Part shown: one piece after another, positions 30,591 to 39,478 of the stretch | Layout: each line of letters opens with the position of its first letter | Position numbering within the stretch: the first letter of the stretch is position 1 | Source: Candidatus Eiseniibacteriota bacterium | Lineage (GTDB): Bacteria; Orphanbacterota; Orphanbacteria; Orphanbacterales; Orphanbacteraceae | Assembly (NCBI GenBank): GCA_043809585.1 | Contig: JBDROZ010000104.1 | Location: 1 to 54,088, forward strand | Direction: 5' to 3' | Length of the DNA: 54,088 nt | Notes under the pieces: generated by a model | The model's input: the letters and a program-made list of their open reading frames with translations, nothing else | Databases searched by the model: none | Told to the model about the DNA's origin: nothing | Position numbers and translations under genes: made by a program

Positions 30591-30620
30591 AAAATAGCAG
30601 AGCGGTTCCGACGCTGTCAA
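30591..30620 (-). promoter_or_regulatory. Putative sigma-70 promoter for the BMC operon
   Basis: TTGACA-N18-TATTTT with extended -10 TG. Confidence 0.5.
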
Positions 30621-30652
30621 CGATCCTAAACGGATGTTCGCCGGGGGCCCGG

Positions 30653-33600
30653 CTACCGGAGGAGAAGAATCTTCATGGTCTCCCGCCAGTCGCCGGCGCG
30701 GATAACCGCGAAGTAAACGCCGCTCCCCGCGTCGGTGCCCCCGTCGGTCCGGCCGTTCCAAACGACCGAGTGCCACCCGGCGGGGCGGGTCTCGTCGACG
30801 AGGATCCGGACGGTCCGCCCCCGGGCGTCGTAAAGCACGACGGTGACGGGGGCCGGGCGGGCGAGGGCGAAGGGGATCGCCGTGGTCGGATTGAACGGGT
30901 TCGGTTGGTTCCGGAAGAGTTCGTTCCGGGCCGGAAGGAAGGCGTTCAGGGTTTCGTCGACACCCGTCACGCTGTGCACGAGGAAGGTGAAGGGGGCCGC
31001 CGCCGCGTTCACTTCCCAGAGAGACACGGACGAAGAGGAGTTGGTGCCGTAGACGAAAGTGGTGTCCCACGTCTCGTCCCCCCAGATCCGGAGGTAGTAC
31101 TCCACCGTGTCGTCCAGGGAGAAGCTCGAGTCGAGAAGCCCGGAGAGGTAGGTCGAGTCTCCGACGATCGTCTCCGGCGCCAGGGGGAAGATCCCGTAAA
31201 GCGGACCCGGGAGGACCCGGAAGAAGACCTCACCCCCGGTCGCCGGCTCGGCCGTCGGCGAGCCGACCCGGAGGGCGACGGCCGTATCCGTGTCGACAGG
31301 AATGAAGGGGTGGCGCATGGGGAGCACGGGCTCCACCGACTCGGGAATGTGCCACCCGGGAAGGGCGCGCCGCCCGCCGACGAAGGCGTAGCCGAGGCCC
31401 CCCTTGTCGTCCGCCATGCCGGGGTCGTTCGGCGAACGGGCGCTCACCGAGAAGGTGACCGTGTCCCCCCGTTCGAAGGCGGCGCCGTAGGGGATCGATC
31501 CGCGCCAGTACCCGTAGCCCCCCTCGTCCCGGTCCCAGGCGAGGGGCGCCGAGTCGGAGGCGGCCCCGGCCCAGTGGACCCACGCGGTGAAGCCGCCAAG
31601 TCCGAGGGTGTCCGCCGGGGCGACGCGCGCTTCGACGAGGGCGTCCGTGTTCGCCTCCAGGGAGTCGCCGTCGGCGAAGTTCGTGTATGCCGAGACCGTC
31701 GAATCGAGGAACCCGATCTCCGTGACGAGGAGTTCCGTGGTGAAGAGGGAGCCTTGGCTCCAGTATCCCCAGGTTCCGCTCGAAAGAGCCTGCCCCCGGA
31801 CGCGCCACCAGTGGGGCGTTCCGAGGAGGAGATCGCCGTAGCCCCAGAGCGTGTCCGCCGGTGAACCGGTGGTGACGACGGAGTCGACGAGGAGCGCCCC
31901 GAATACCGAGTCGAGGGCGACTTGGAGCCGATAGGCGGTGAGCGTGTCCGAAGGATCGGGCAGAGGGACGGGCGCCCACGCGAACTCGGTGGCCGCCGCG
32001 ACATAGAGAGACCCCGGCGCCGGCCGGTGGAGCGCGGGGGGCGCCGACGGGTAGAGGGGCGTCCCCGACGCGGTCGCCGGGCCCGAGACGTTCGGGACTT
32101 CGTCGAGAGTGAAGAGCGAGTAGTGATAGGTCGTGTCCGGGAAGAGCCCGGCGTGCACGAGGGTGTCCGCCGTTCCGGGAAGGGCCGGGCGGACCTCGAG
32201 AAGGAAGCCCTCCCCGGTGTCGGCCGGCGCGGCGACCGTGCCGAACCGGAGGACCACCGACTGGAGGTCGGCGTCGGCCGGGTTGGTCCAGGTGAGCACC
32301 ACCGTCGAGTCGACGGGCGTCGCGGCGAGGCCCTGCACGAGACCGGGCGCCGTCCCGTCGAAGATATAGACCGTGTCGAGGGCGGGGATCGTATCGGCGT
32401 TGCCCGCCGAGTTCACCGCCCGGATCTCGAACAGGTAGAGCGAGTCCTCCGGAAGGGGCGCCGTCGTGAAGACGTACGCCTCGCCGGCGGAGTCGAACGT
32501 TCCGTCCGCGGCGTCCGCCGGGATCCAGAGGCCCCCCGAGACGCGGTACTCGACGCGGGCGATCGTGTTCAGGGTGATGTCGTTCCCTTCGCCGATCGTG
32601 TTCAAGTTCGGGAGGGGATTCACCCAGGTCGATCCGGCGAAGGAGGGGGTGGTGACGCTCGTCGTGTCGGGGGGAGGGACGCTCAGGATCGTCGAAGGGT
32701 AGGTGTCGAGAATGTCCGCCACGTCGTCCGTGTCCGTGTCCCGGAGTCCGATCTGCCCGTGGGTGTACGGACAGACCGCGTTCGAATCGAAGTCCCGGGT
32801 GAGGCTGTCCCGCATGATGCAAGGATCGTCGGTGAAGCAGGTCCCCCACTCGCTGTTTTGGTTCTGCTCGAGGAGATACCCGGCCTTCAGGGTGCAGCCC
32901 TTGTGCGCCCCGAAGTACTCGTCGAGGCCGTAGAAACTGTGGCCGATCTCGTGGGCGGTGACGGCATGGAGGCCGGCGATGGTCCACGGCCCGCTGTCGT
33001 AGGTCATCACCATGTAGGGGCCGCCGTAGTAGGAAAACCCGTAGAAGAGGTTGGCGAACTTCCCATTGGCGTCGTTCTTCGAATCGACGACGAAGACCGC
33101 CACCGCCCAGTCGGTGTCGTATGTCTCCCGGAGGTCGTTCAGATAGGAGCGCCCTTTGAACCAGGCGTCGCCGGTTGTGTAGCCGAGGGTGTCGAAGACT
33201 GCCTTGGTCCATATCGATTCGACCCGGGCGGTGAAGGCGTTCCGCGTGATCGGCTCGTAGGGGCACGGCACCGGATCGGGGACGTCGAACACGAAGGAGA
33301 GGTTCCCCCCCGGCGCCTGGCCGATCCACCAGGCAAGGCCCGCCTGCACCTCGTCGACGACCGAGTCGATCTCGGCCTGGGTCCAATCCTCGGTGGAGGG
33401 ATCGATGGAGCCGTCGCTTTCGGGCATCAGGATCCCGATGGCGACGGTGCCGATGAGGAACTCGCTCGTGTCGTAGAAGTTCGCGCCGGGGGGCGTTTTC
33501 GAGGGGCCGGGATCCCCCCGACCGCCGGGGGCCGCGTGCTCCATGCCCATGTCGGCGGCGCCTCCGGGATGGGGTGCCCTCTTAGCCGGGGGCGCGAAAC

Positions 33601-33925
33601 GGCGGTTCCAGGCGGCGGCGAGAAAGCGGTCGGGCCGGGAGGTCGCCTCGGGGGCCGGGACGGGGACCGGTCCGATGTCGACGGACCAGTGAGGGTGGAG
33701 GCGGGAGGTGGCGAGCCAGAATGCGTCGTCCCCCGCTACGATGGCCCCGGCGGGTGGGAAGGCCTGCAGGATTCGCCCTCCCGATCCCCTCACGGCGTTC
33801 CGGAAACCGGACCACTCCGATGCACCGCCGGCACGGACGAGCCTCTCCTCCGCCCCCGCGGCGGACACGCCGAAGAGGAGCAGAAGAAGCGAGACCGGGA
33901 AAACGAGGCGGTTCGGACGCTTCAT
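30653..33925 (-). CDS. Large secreted zinc metallopeptidase-like protein with FN3/Ig domains and C-terminal FlgD-Ig domain
   Basis: Signal peptide; [14 protein letters not shown] and downstream CIM (metzincin-like); LTWTNP FN3; [10 protein letters not shown]...WNGRTDGG...SGVYF tail. Confidence 0.8.
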   Translation of the reverse strand: MKRPNRLVFPVSLLLLLFGVSAAGAEERLVRAGGASEWSGFRNAVRGSGGRILQAFPPAGAIVAGDDAFWLATSRLHPHWSVDIGPVPVPAPEATSRPDRFLAAAWNRRFAPPAKRAPHPGGAADMGMEHAAPGGRGDPGPSKTPPGANFYDTSEFLIGTVAIGILMPESDGSIDPSTEDWTQAEIDSVVDEVQAGLAWWIGQAPGGNLSFVFDVPDPVPCPYEPITRNAFTARVESIWTKAVFDTLGYTTGDAWFKGRSYLNDLRETYDTDWAVAVFVVDSKNDANGKFANLFYGFSYYGGPYMVMTYDSGPWTIAGLHAVTAHEIGHSFYGLDEYFGAHKGCTLKAGYLLEQNQNSEWGTCFTDDPCIMRDSLTRDFDSNAVCPYTHGQIGLRDTDTDDVADILDTYPSTILSVPPPDTTSVTTPSFAGSTWVNPLPNLNTIGEGNDITLNTIARVEYRVSGGLWIPADAADGTFDSAGEAYVFTTAPLPEDSLYLFEIRAVNSAGNADTIPALDTVYIFDGTAPGLVQGLAATPVDSTVVLTWTNPADADLQSVVLRFGTVAAPADTGEGFLLEVRPALPGTADTLVHAGLFPDTTYHYSLFTLDEVPNVSGPATASGTPLYPSAPPALHRPAPGSLYVAAATEFAWAPVPLPDPSDTLTAYRLQVALDSVFGALLVDSVVTTGSPADTLWGYGDLLLGTPHWWRVRGQALSSGTWGYWSQGSLFTTELLVTEIGFLDSTVSAYTNFADGDSLEANTDALVEARVAPADTLGLGGFTAWVHWAGAASDSAPLAWDRDEGGYGYWRGSIPYGAAFERGDTVTFSVSARSPNDPGMADDKGGLGYAFVGGRRALPGWHIPESVEPVLPMRHPFIPVDTDTAVALRVGSPTAEPATGGEVFFRVLPGPLYGIFPLAPETIVGDSTYLSGLLDSSFSLDDTVEYYLRIWGDETWDTTFVYGTNSSSSVSLWEVNAAAAPFTFLVHSVTGVDETLNAFLPARNELFRNQPNPFNPTTAIPFALARPAPVTVVLYDARGRTVRILVDETRPAGWHSVVWNGRTDGGTDAGSGVYFAVIRAGDWRETMKILLLR

Positions 33926-33974
33926 CCAATCACCCCCCGGGGTGGTGAGCTTCCTGGAATCGTCGGGGTGGTGG

Positions 33975-34130
33975 CCGGTCCCGGATATGCCGGGAACGGG
34001 AACGGCTCCCCGCTCGTACCGTGTGCATGGGTGAACGTGTAACTCGCATCCAAGTCGATTGAGATCAGCCCACGACCCAGCAGACCACGAGTCGAGCAGG
34101 GAGCCTTTCCCGCTCCTCTGTTGTTCTGCC
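33975..34130 (-). ncRNA. Candidate sigma-54-dependent structured RNA (sRNA or 5' leader)
   Basis: Rod-like hairpin 33996-34113 whose G-U pairs form only on the minus strand, beginning ~17 nt after the predicted sigma-54 start; no known family recognised; 3' end approximate. Confidence 0.45.
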
Positions 34131-34140
34131 GGATCAAATG

Positions 34141-34156
34141 AGCAAGGGGAGTGCCA
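34141..34156 (-). promoter_or_regulatory. Sigma-54 (-24/-12) promoter
   Basis: TGGCAC-TCCCC-TTGCT, exact consensus and spacing, intergenic. Confidence 0.75.
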
Positions 34157-34454
34157 CCGCCCGGGCCTCGGGAGGCCATCACGGTACTATCGCTACAAAC
34201 CACGTGAAGTGAATCGTCGAATCGTTTGTCTGGATTACTGGTAAGAAACACGAACTCCGTCCTCCGCGATCGGTCGGAGCAGGGATCTCCGAGAGGATTG
34301 ACCCGGGCCGGCCGCGCTCCTCGCCCCGGCCGTTGGGGGAGCGTTCGGGAGACGGCCGGTTTAGTCTATCTTCGCACAGACACTTAGGGGATGGGGGAAA
34401 CTCGCCCATCCGGGGGGGAACCGGGCGAACCCGACTAAGCTCTTGACTAAGAAT

Positions 34455-34483
34455 ATTTTATATCAGGTCTTGCGCCTTGTCAA
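34455..34483 (-). promoter_or_regulatory. Near-consensus sigma-70 promoter
   Basis: TTGACA-N17-TAAAAT on the minus strand. Confidence 0.7.
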
Positions 34484-34580
34484 CCGGCCGGCCTCTCCGA
34501 TTGCAAGCGGAAATCGCGTTTTGCATCGTTCTTGACGGGTATTCCCCTCGTTGGTAGGGTGCGCGGAGGAGGATTCGGCC

Positions 34581-35189
34581 ATGATCATGCGCACCTTTCC
34601 GCGCGGGGCCCTGATGGTATCGATCGTTCTTGCCGCATGCGCTCCGCCGGCGATGTTCCTTCAGCCGGTCAAGCCGAGCATGAGCGGCGTTGTCGCCATG
34701 GAATACCTCGGCCTCCCCGAGTCGGAGGTGGAAGCGATCTTCGTGAGGCCCTACACGGGGCGGACTCTGCTCGAGACGTCGGGCACCACGTCGGCCATGC
34801 TCTACGACCTGGCGTATCTCGAAAAGAGGGCCGGCGCCAAGGCGGGGGCGAACGAAGCGCTTTACGCCATGAATCGTCGTTATGTGGAGGAGGGGATCTC
34901 CTTCAAGATCGTGGTTTGGGGCGAGAAGGCGGCGGACGTGGACCTCGCCCTGTGGCGCTTCCGCCTGCGAACGGACGACGGGCGGACTTTCGATCCGATG
35001 CGTCTCGAGCCGATCGGTGTCCCCGAGTTCGACAAGCAGTCTCTCGTGGACCGGAAGGCGACGTGGAGGAACATGGCGGACATCACCTTTCCCCTCTCCC
35101 TCGCCCCCCCCCTCTCCTTGGTGGTTCTGGAGATCGAAAAGAACGGAGAACGGGTGCAGCACCATACCTGGAAGTTCGATTGGAAGTAG
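34581..35189 (+). CDS. Hypothetical lipoprotein
   Basis: GGAGGA RBS; MIMRTFPRGALMVSIVLAAC lipobox; coding-like GC3 pattern. Confidence 0.7.
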   Translation: MIMRTFPRGALMVSIVLAACAPPAMFLQPVKPSMSGVVAMEYLGLPESEVEAIFVRPYTGRTLLETSGTTSAMLYDLAYLEKRAGAKAGANEALYAMNRRYVEEGISFKIVVWGEKAADVDLALWRFRLRTDDGRTFDPMRLEPIGVPEFDKQSLVDRKATWRNMADITFPLSLAPPLSLVVLEIEKNGERVQHHTWKFDWK

Positions 35190-35285
35190 CTCGGATCAAA
35201 CACGGAATTCCGAGTCTGACCCGGGCTGAGGGGAGAAGTGAAGGAGGGAAGATCGGAACTCGGACAAGAAAAGAAGGAAGAGAAA

Positions 35286-35358
35286 TGGAGCTGACGGGGC
35301 TCGAACCCGTGGCCTCTTGACTGCCAGTCAAGTGCTCTCCCAGCTGAGCTACAGCCCC
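35286..35358 (-). tRNA. tRNA-Ala (anticodon GGC), CCA not encoded
   Basis: GGGGCTG/CAGCTCC acceptor stem with G3:U70; CTTGA-CTGGCAG-TCAAG anticodon arm; GGTTCGAGCC T-arm. Confidence 0.97.
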
Positions 35359-35488
35359 GATTCTCTTCCTTCCCGGCCCACGATTTAAGCACCCGCCCCC
35401 CCTTCCGTCAACGCCAATTTGGGGCTTCGGGCGTCGGTGCGTGATGGGGAATCCTCGAGCGTCATCGAAAAGCGTCGGATTGGCACCA

Positions 35489-35518
35489 TTGACGCCGCCA
35501 ATCGTAATCCGCTACAAT
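35489..35518 (+). promoter_or_regulatory. Putative sigma-70 promoter for tRNA-Leu
   Basis: TTGACG-N18-TACAAT; a divergent TTGACG-N17-TTAAAT at 35383-35411 may serve tRNA-Ala. Confidence 0.6.
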
Positions 35519-35535
35519 TGAGCGAGAAGCGTAAC

Positions 35536-35619
35536 GCCGGAGTGGTGAAAGTGGTAGACGCAGGGGACTCAAAATCCCCCGAGGGCGACCTCGTGTCGGT
35601 TCGAGTCCGACCTCCGGCA
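35536..35619 (+). tRNA. tRNA-Leu (anticodon CAA), CCA not encoded
   Basis: GCCGGAG/CTCCGGC acceptor; GGGGA-CTCAAAA-TCCCC anticodon arm; long variable arm; GGTTCGAGTCC. Confidence 0.97.
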
Positions 35620-35686
35620 TAACGTTCGACGCCTCCCCCACCGTGCCGTGCCGTCGCCGAAAACGACCTAACATCGAGGTGCGACC

Positions 35687-37417
35687 ATGACCCGCAGCCG
35701 GACCCGCCGTTCTTCTTTCGTTTTCTCATGGATGTTTCTCGCCCTGCTGCTCGCCCGGGGGGCGGCGTACGGCGTGGTTCCCCTCGGGACCCCTCCCGCG
35801 TGGAGGTCGATCGACATGGATTATTCGACGGGGGGCGCGCTCCTCGATCTGAACGGGGACGGGTACCTCGACCTCGTGACCGGCAACGGAAACGACATGG
35901 CCCGTCAGCCGATCCGGGTCTACTTCAACTTGGGGGGCGAACTGGACACCGTGGCGGCTTGGTCGAGCGCCGATATCGGCTACCACTGTCATGTCGATCT
36001 CGGCGATTACGACGGGGACGGCGATCTCGATCTGGCGGTCGCCCTGCTCGGCGATCCCGGCACGCCCCAGCGGGACAAGATCTACAGGAACGAGGGGACC
36101 GGGTTCACCTCCCTCCCCGTTTGGATCTCGGGCGATCTGGACAACAGCTTCGACCTGGCCTGGGGCGATTTCGACGGCGACGGCGATCTCGATCTCGCCA
36201 CGGCGTGCGGCGAGTCGTACACGAGCGTGCCCCAGAGAAGCAAGGTCTACCGGAACGACGGCGGCGTGATCACGGAGAACTCGGTCTGGCGGACCGGGCC
36301 CGTGGACTACACGCTCGACGTGGCCTGGGGGGACGTGGACGGCGATGGCGACCTCGATCTCGCCTGCGGGAACGAGTTCGGCCCGAACCGGATCTACCGG
36401 AACCATGGGAGCGGCCTCGACTCGATCCCGTGGTGGGAATCGGCGGACACCCGGAACACGCTCCAGATCGACTTCGGCGACGTGGACGGCGACGGGTGGC
36501 TCGACCTGGCGGTGGCGAACAACGCCCAGCTCGGCGGGGTCTCCAACGCCGGCGTCTACTTCAACACGGGCGGGACCCTTTCGACGAGCGTCGGCTGGTC
36601 CTCCGGCGAGAGCCGGACCTACTTCTCCGCCGTCACCCTCGCCGACTGTGACCATGACGGCGATCTCGATCTCGCCTCCGGCGGCTGGTGGGAGCCGGTG
36701 ATGGTGTACGAGAACCTCGACGGGTCTCTCGAAACCGTCGCCTCCTTCTCCTGGAAGTTCGCCAATCCGACGAAGGGCCTCGTCGTGGAGAGCGTGGTCT
36801 GGGGCGATCTCGACAACTCGGGCTCGACGACGGTGACCGGCGAGACCATGGACGGCGACGGCGCGGCGAAGGTCTTCTACTTGGACGAGGCTCCGCTCCG
36901 TTCGATCGGCGAGATTCGCGTCGGCGGCGTCCCGGTCCCTTACGGCGATTACGCGTACGATCTCGACAAGGGGTGGATCGCCCTCGCCTCGGCGCCGCCC
37001 GCCGGCTCGGCGAACGTGGAGGTCGACTATGTCTACTCGGTGGGCCTCGATCTGGTGGTGACGAACTGGGACCCGGACGACCCGAACGTCGGATTCTCTT
37101 ACGAGGGGATCTCGACGAGCGTGGCGGGGGGATCGCCCGTCCGCTCCTCCATCCTCCTGCCGAACCGGCCGAATCCCTTCAACCCGTCGACCATCATCCC
37201 GATCCGGCTCGGCGGCCCGGCCCGCGTGACCGTCGGCGTCTACGACGTGGCCGGGCGCATCGTCCGTACCCTTCACCAGGGCCCGGCGTCGGGTGACCTC
37301 GATCTGTTGTGGGACGGTACGGACGGATCCTTCCGGCCCGTCGCCTCGGGGGTTTACTTCTCGCGGGTGGAGGTGGACGGATCGGTCGAGACGGGGCGCA
37401 TGGTCCTCGTCCGGTAG
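35687..37417 (+). CDS. Secreted FG-GAP/VCBS-repeat protein with C-terminal FlgD-Ig domain
   Basis: Signal peptide; repeated WGD.DGDGDLDLA motifs; NRPNPFNPST...WDGTDGS...SGVYF tail. Confidence 0.85.
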   Translation: MTRSRTRRSSFVFSWMFLALLLARGAAYGVVPLGTPPAWRSIDMDYSTGGALLDLNGDGYLDLVTGNGNDMARQPIRVYFNLGGELDTVAAWSSADIGYHCHVDLGDYDGDGDLDLAVALLGDPGTPQRDKIYRNEGTGFTSLPVWISGDLDNSFDLAWGDFDGDGDLDLATACGESYTSVPQRSKVYRNDGGVITENSVWRTGPVDYTLDVAWGDVDGDGDLDLACGNEFGPNRIYRNHGSGLDSIPWWESADTRNTLQIDFGDVDGDGWLDLAVANNAQLGGVSNAGVYFNTGGTLSTSVGWSSGESRTYFSAVTLADCDHDGDLDLASGGWWEPVMVYENLDGSLETVASFSWKFANPTKGLVVESVVWGDLDNSGSTTVTGETMDGDGAAKVFYLDEAPLRSIGEIRVGGVPVPYGDYAYDLDKGWIALASAPPAGSANVEVDYVYSVGLDLVVTNWDPDDPNVGFSYEGISTSVAGGSPVRSSILLPNRPNPFNPSTIIPIRLGGPARVTVGVYDVAGRIVRTLHQGPASGDLDLLWDGTDGSFRPVASGVYFSRVEVDGSVETGRMVLVR

Positions 37418-37451
37418 GGAATCGCCGCGCCCTCCTGGTCTGAATCGCGGA

Positions 37452-37484
37452 GCCCGGTTTCTTTCGGAAGCCGGGCCTTTCTCT
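37452..37484 (+). terminator. Possible terminator after the FG-GAP gene
   Basis: GCCCGGTTTC/GAAGCCGGGC stem followed by CTTTCTCT. Confidence 0.4.
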
Positions 37485-37638
37485 CGAATTCCGTATTAAT
37501 TTGGAGTTCGACAGTTTCTCTTGGTTGATTATCGCCCCCGCTCTTACTATCTTCAAAATCGATCCCCCTCCATCGGTCGCTCGTTCCCCCCTCCGAGTCG
37601 GCCCCCCCTCGCTCCGCGTTTCTCACGGGAGGAAATCG

Positions 37639-39477
37639 ATGCCCCGGCAGAATCATCGTCTCATTCGCACCGGTCCGCCGCGGATCGCCCTGTTCTTCGT
37701 CACCCTTCTCCTTCTCTCCGCCGCCGCCGTGGCCGGAGCTTCACCCCCCGGCGCCATCTCGTTCCAGGCGCTCCTCGACTCGACGGGGACCCCCCTCGCG
37801 GGGGCCCACGACCTCACCTTCACGATCTACGACTCGAGCGCGGCGGGGGCGGCCCTCTGGACGGAGACCCATCCAGGGGTCGTCGTCGACGAGGGTGTCG
37901 CTTCGGTCCTCCTCGGTTCCATTTCATCCCTCGCCGGCGTCTCCTTCGAAGATCTCCGCTGGCTCGGGATCTCGGTCGACGCGGGGCCGGAGCTCGATCC
38001 CCGGACGGCCCTCGCCGGCACTCCCTACGCATTCCTCTCGGGGGATGTGGCCGGAGGGTACGCGAAGAGCCTGAACGGTCTCCAGGGGGATGTCCGGATC
38101 GTGGCCGGCCCGAACATGACCGTCACCGAGGGGGGCGACTCGATCGTGGTCTCCTCCTCCGGTGCCGAGTCGGACGGCGACTGGATGATCTCCGGGGACG
38201 ACCTCTCCAGCGTCCCCTCGGGGAACGTGGGCATCGGCACGGCGGGTCCCGGCGCGAAGCTCGACGTCCAGGGGACCGCCGCCGGGGGCCTCGGCTTCCG
38301 GGTGAACGACGACCTCTACGTGAACGGCGTGACCGGGTTCGTCGGCATCGGCCGGACGACGCCGGTGACGGGGGCGGAGGTCTTCGGCGTCCAATCCCCC
38401 GCGACTTCCGGTTACGGAGGAATGTACGTACAGACCGCCGGGGCGTCGGGCCTCCCTTTCTACGGGTACTCCGCCGGAGGCGCGACAATCGCGTGGCATT
38501 ACCTCGACGGTGTCACCGGGAATCTGAACTTCTATAACGGCGGCGTGCGGCTCTCGATCGGGTCGGGGGGCAACGTCGGCATCGGAACAACGACGCCCCT
38601 GGAGGAGCTCGATGTGGCGGGTAACATCGCTGCCACCGCCGAGACCCGGATCGGCAAGCAGCCGTCCACCAGCAGCATCTACTCCGCCTTCTGGCGGAAC
38701 GGATACGAGTACGCACTTCTCGCCGGTTCCAACAATGTTCTCCTGAACGCCCCTGCCGGTGGAACCCTGTACGAACGGGTCGGGAACAGCACGAAGCTCT
38801 GGCTCACGGACAACACGGGGGACGCTTCGGCGAATTTCCTGTTCGGCGCGATTTCCAAGACGGAGATCGCCGACGAACCGGGGCTGGCGAGCGCGTCGGA
38901 CGGGACCTCGCTCATCACTCTCACGGGAAGCGGTCCGGATGTCCTCCTCAGCCGGACGATCGACGTCCCCTCCTCCGGCTACGTGATCGTCAGCGGCACG
39001 GCGCAGGCGACGATCACCCACACGGCCGGGACGACGAGCTGGGGCAATTTCGGAGTGACCGAAGACACCCTCCTGATACCGAACCACCAGGACGTCGGGC
39101 TCCAACTCCCCAGCTCGGCGGCGAGCGGGGGCTACGCGTTCCCCGTCACGGTCCACGACGTATACTCCGTCGGGGCCGGAAGCCATACCTTCTACTTCTT
39201 CGGCGAGGAAGGGAGCGGCGTTCTCTACGCCTATGACATGCAGCTCACCACCCTCTTCGTGCCGAGCGCCTACGGATCGGTCACTCTGGCGGACGGCGGG
39301 GGTTCGGGCGCCAGGGACGAGGAAGCCAGGGCCCGCGGTCCCCGGACCGTCTCGGAGATCGATGAGGAGAAGACCGAATCGGCGGCGTTCCATCGCGATC
39401 GGATGGCGGCAGAGGTCGCCGAGATCCGGGATCGTCTGGCCGCGCTCGAGGCGGAGCTCGAGTTGGAGGAGGACTAG
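37639..39477 (+). CDS. Secreted tail-fibre-like/adhesin protein with GNVGIGT repeats and C-terminal coiled coil
   Basis: GGGAGG RBS; signal peptide; FQALLDSTGTPL...LTFTIYD...LWTETH head domain; SLNGLQGDV; three G(N/F)VGIG repeats; heptad C-terminus. Confidence 0.7.
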   Translation: MPRQNHRLIRTGPPRIALFFVTLLLLSAAAVAGASPPGAISFQALLDSTGTPLAGAHDLTFTIYDSSAAGAALWTETHPGVVVDEGVASVLLGSISSLAGVSFEDLRWLGISVDAGPELDPRTALAGTPYAFLSGDVAGGYAKSLNGLQGDVRIVAGPNMTVTEGGDSIVVSSSGAESDGDWMISGDDLSSVPSGNVGIGTAGPGAKLDVQGTAAGGLGFRVNDDLYVNGVTGFVGIGRTTPVTGAEVFGVQSPATSGYGGMYVQTAGASGLPFYGYSAGGATIAWHYLDGVTGNLNFYNGGVRLSIGSGGNVGIGTTTPLEELDVAGNIAATAETRIGKQPSTSSIYSAFWRNGYEYALLAGSNNVLLNAPAGGTLYERVGNSTKLWLTDNTGDASANFLFGAISKTEIADEPGLASASDGTSLITLTGSGPDVLLSRTIDVPSSGYVIVSGTAQATITHTAGTTSWGNFGVTEDTLLIPNHQDVGLQLPSSAASGGYAFPVTVHDVYSVGAGSHTFYFFGEEGSGVLYAYDMQLTTLFVPSAYGSVTLADGGGSGARDEEARARGPRTVSEIDEEKTESAAFHRDRMAAEVAEIRDRLAALEAELELEED

Positions 39478-39478
39478 C

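Noticed and set aside
33996-34113. Integron attC site, 6S RNA or SRP RNA
   Set aside because: No RYYYAAC/GTTRRRY ends, no large central bubble, and no SRP GGAA-loop/AGCAG motif.
33922-34251. 109-aa ORF upstream of the protease
   Set aside because: No RBS or coding-like composition; it overlaps the sigma-54 promoter and the hairpin.
35820-36820. Recurring GGCGATCTCGATCT motifs as CRISPR repeats
   Set aside because: They encode FG-GAP DGDGDLDL motifs; no spacer structure and no cas genes.
37639-39477. Prophage tail-fibre gene
   Set aside because: It has a signal peptide and there are no other phage genes nearby.
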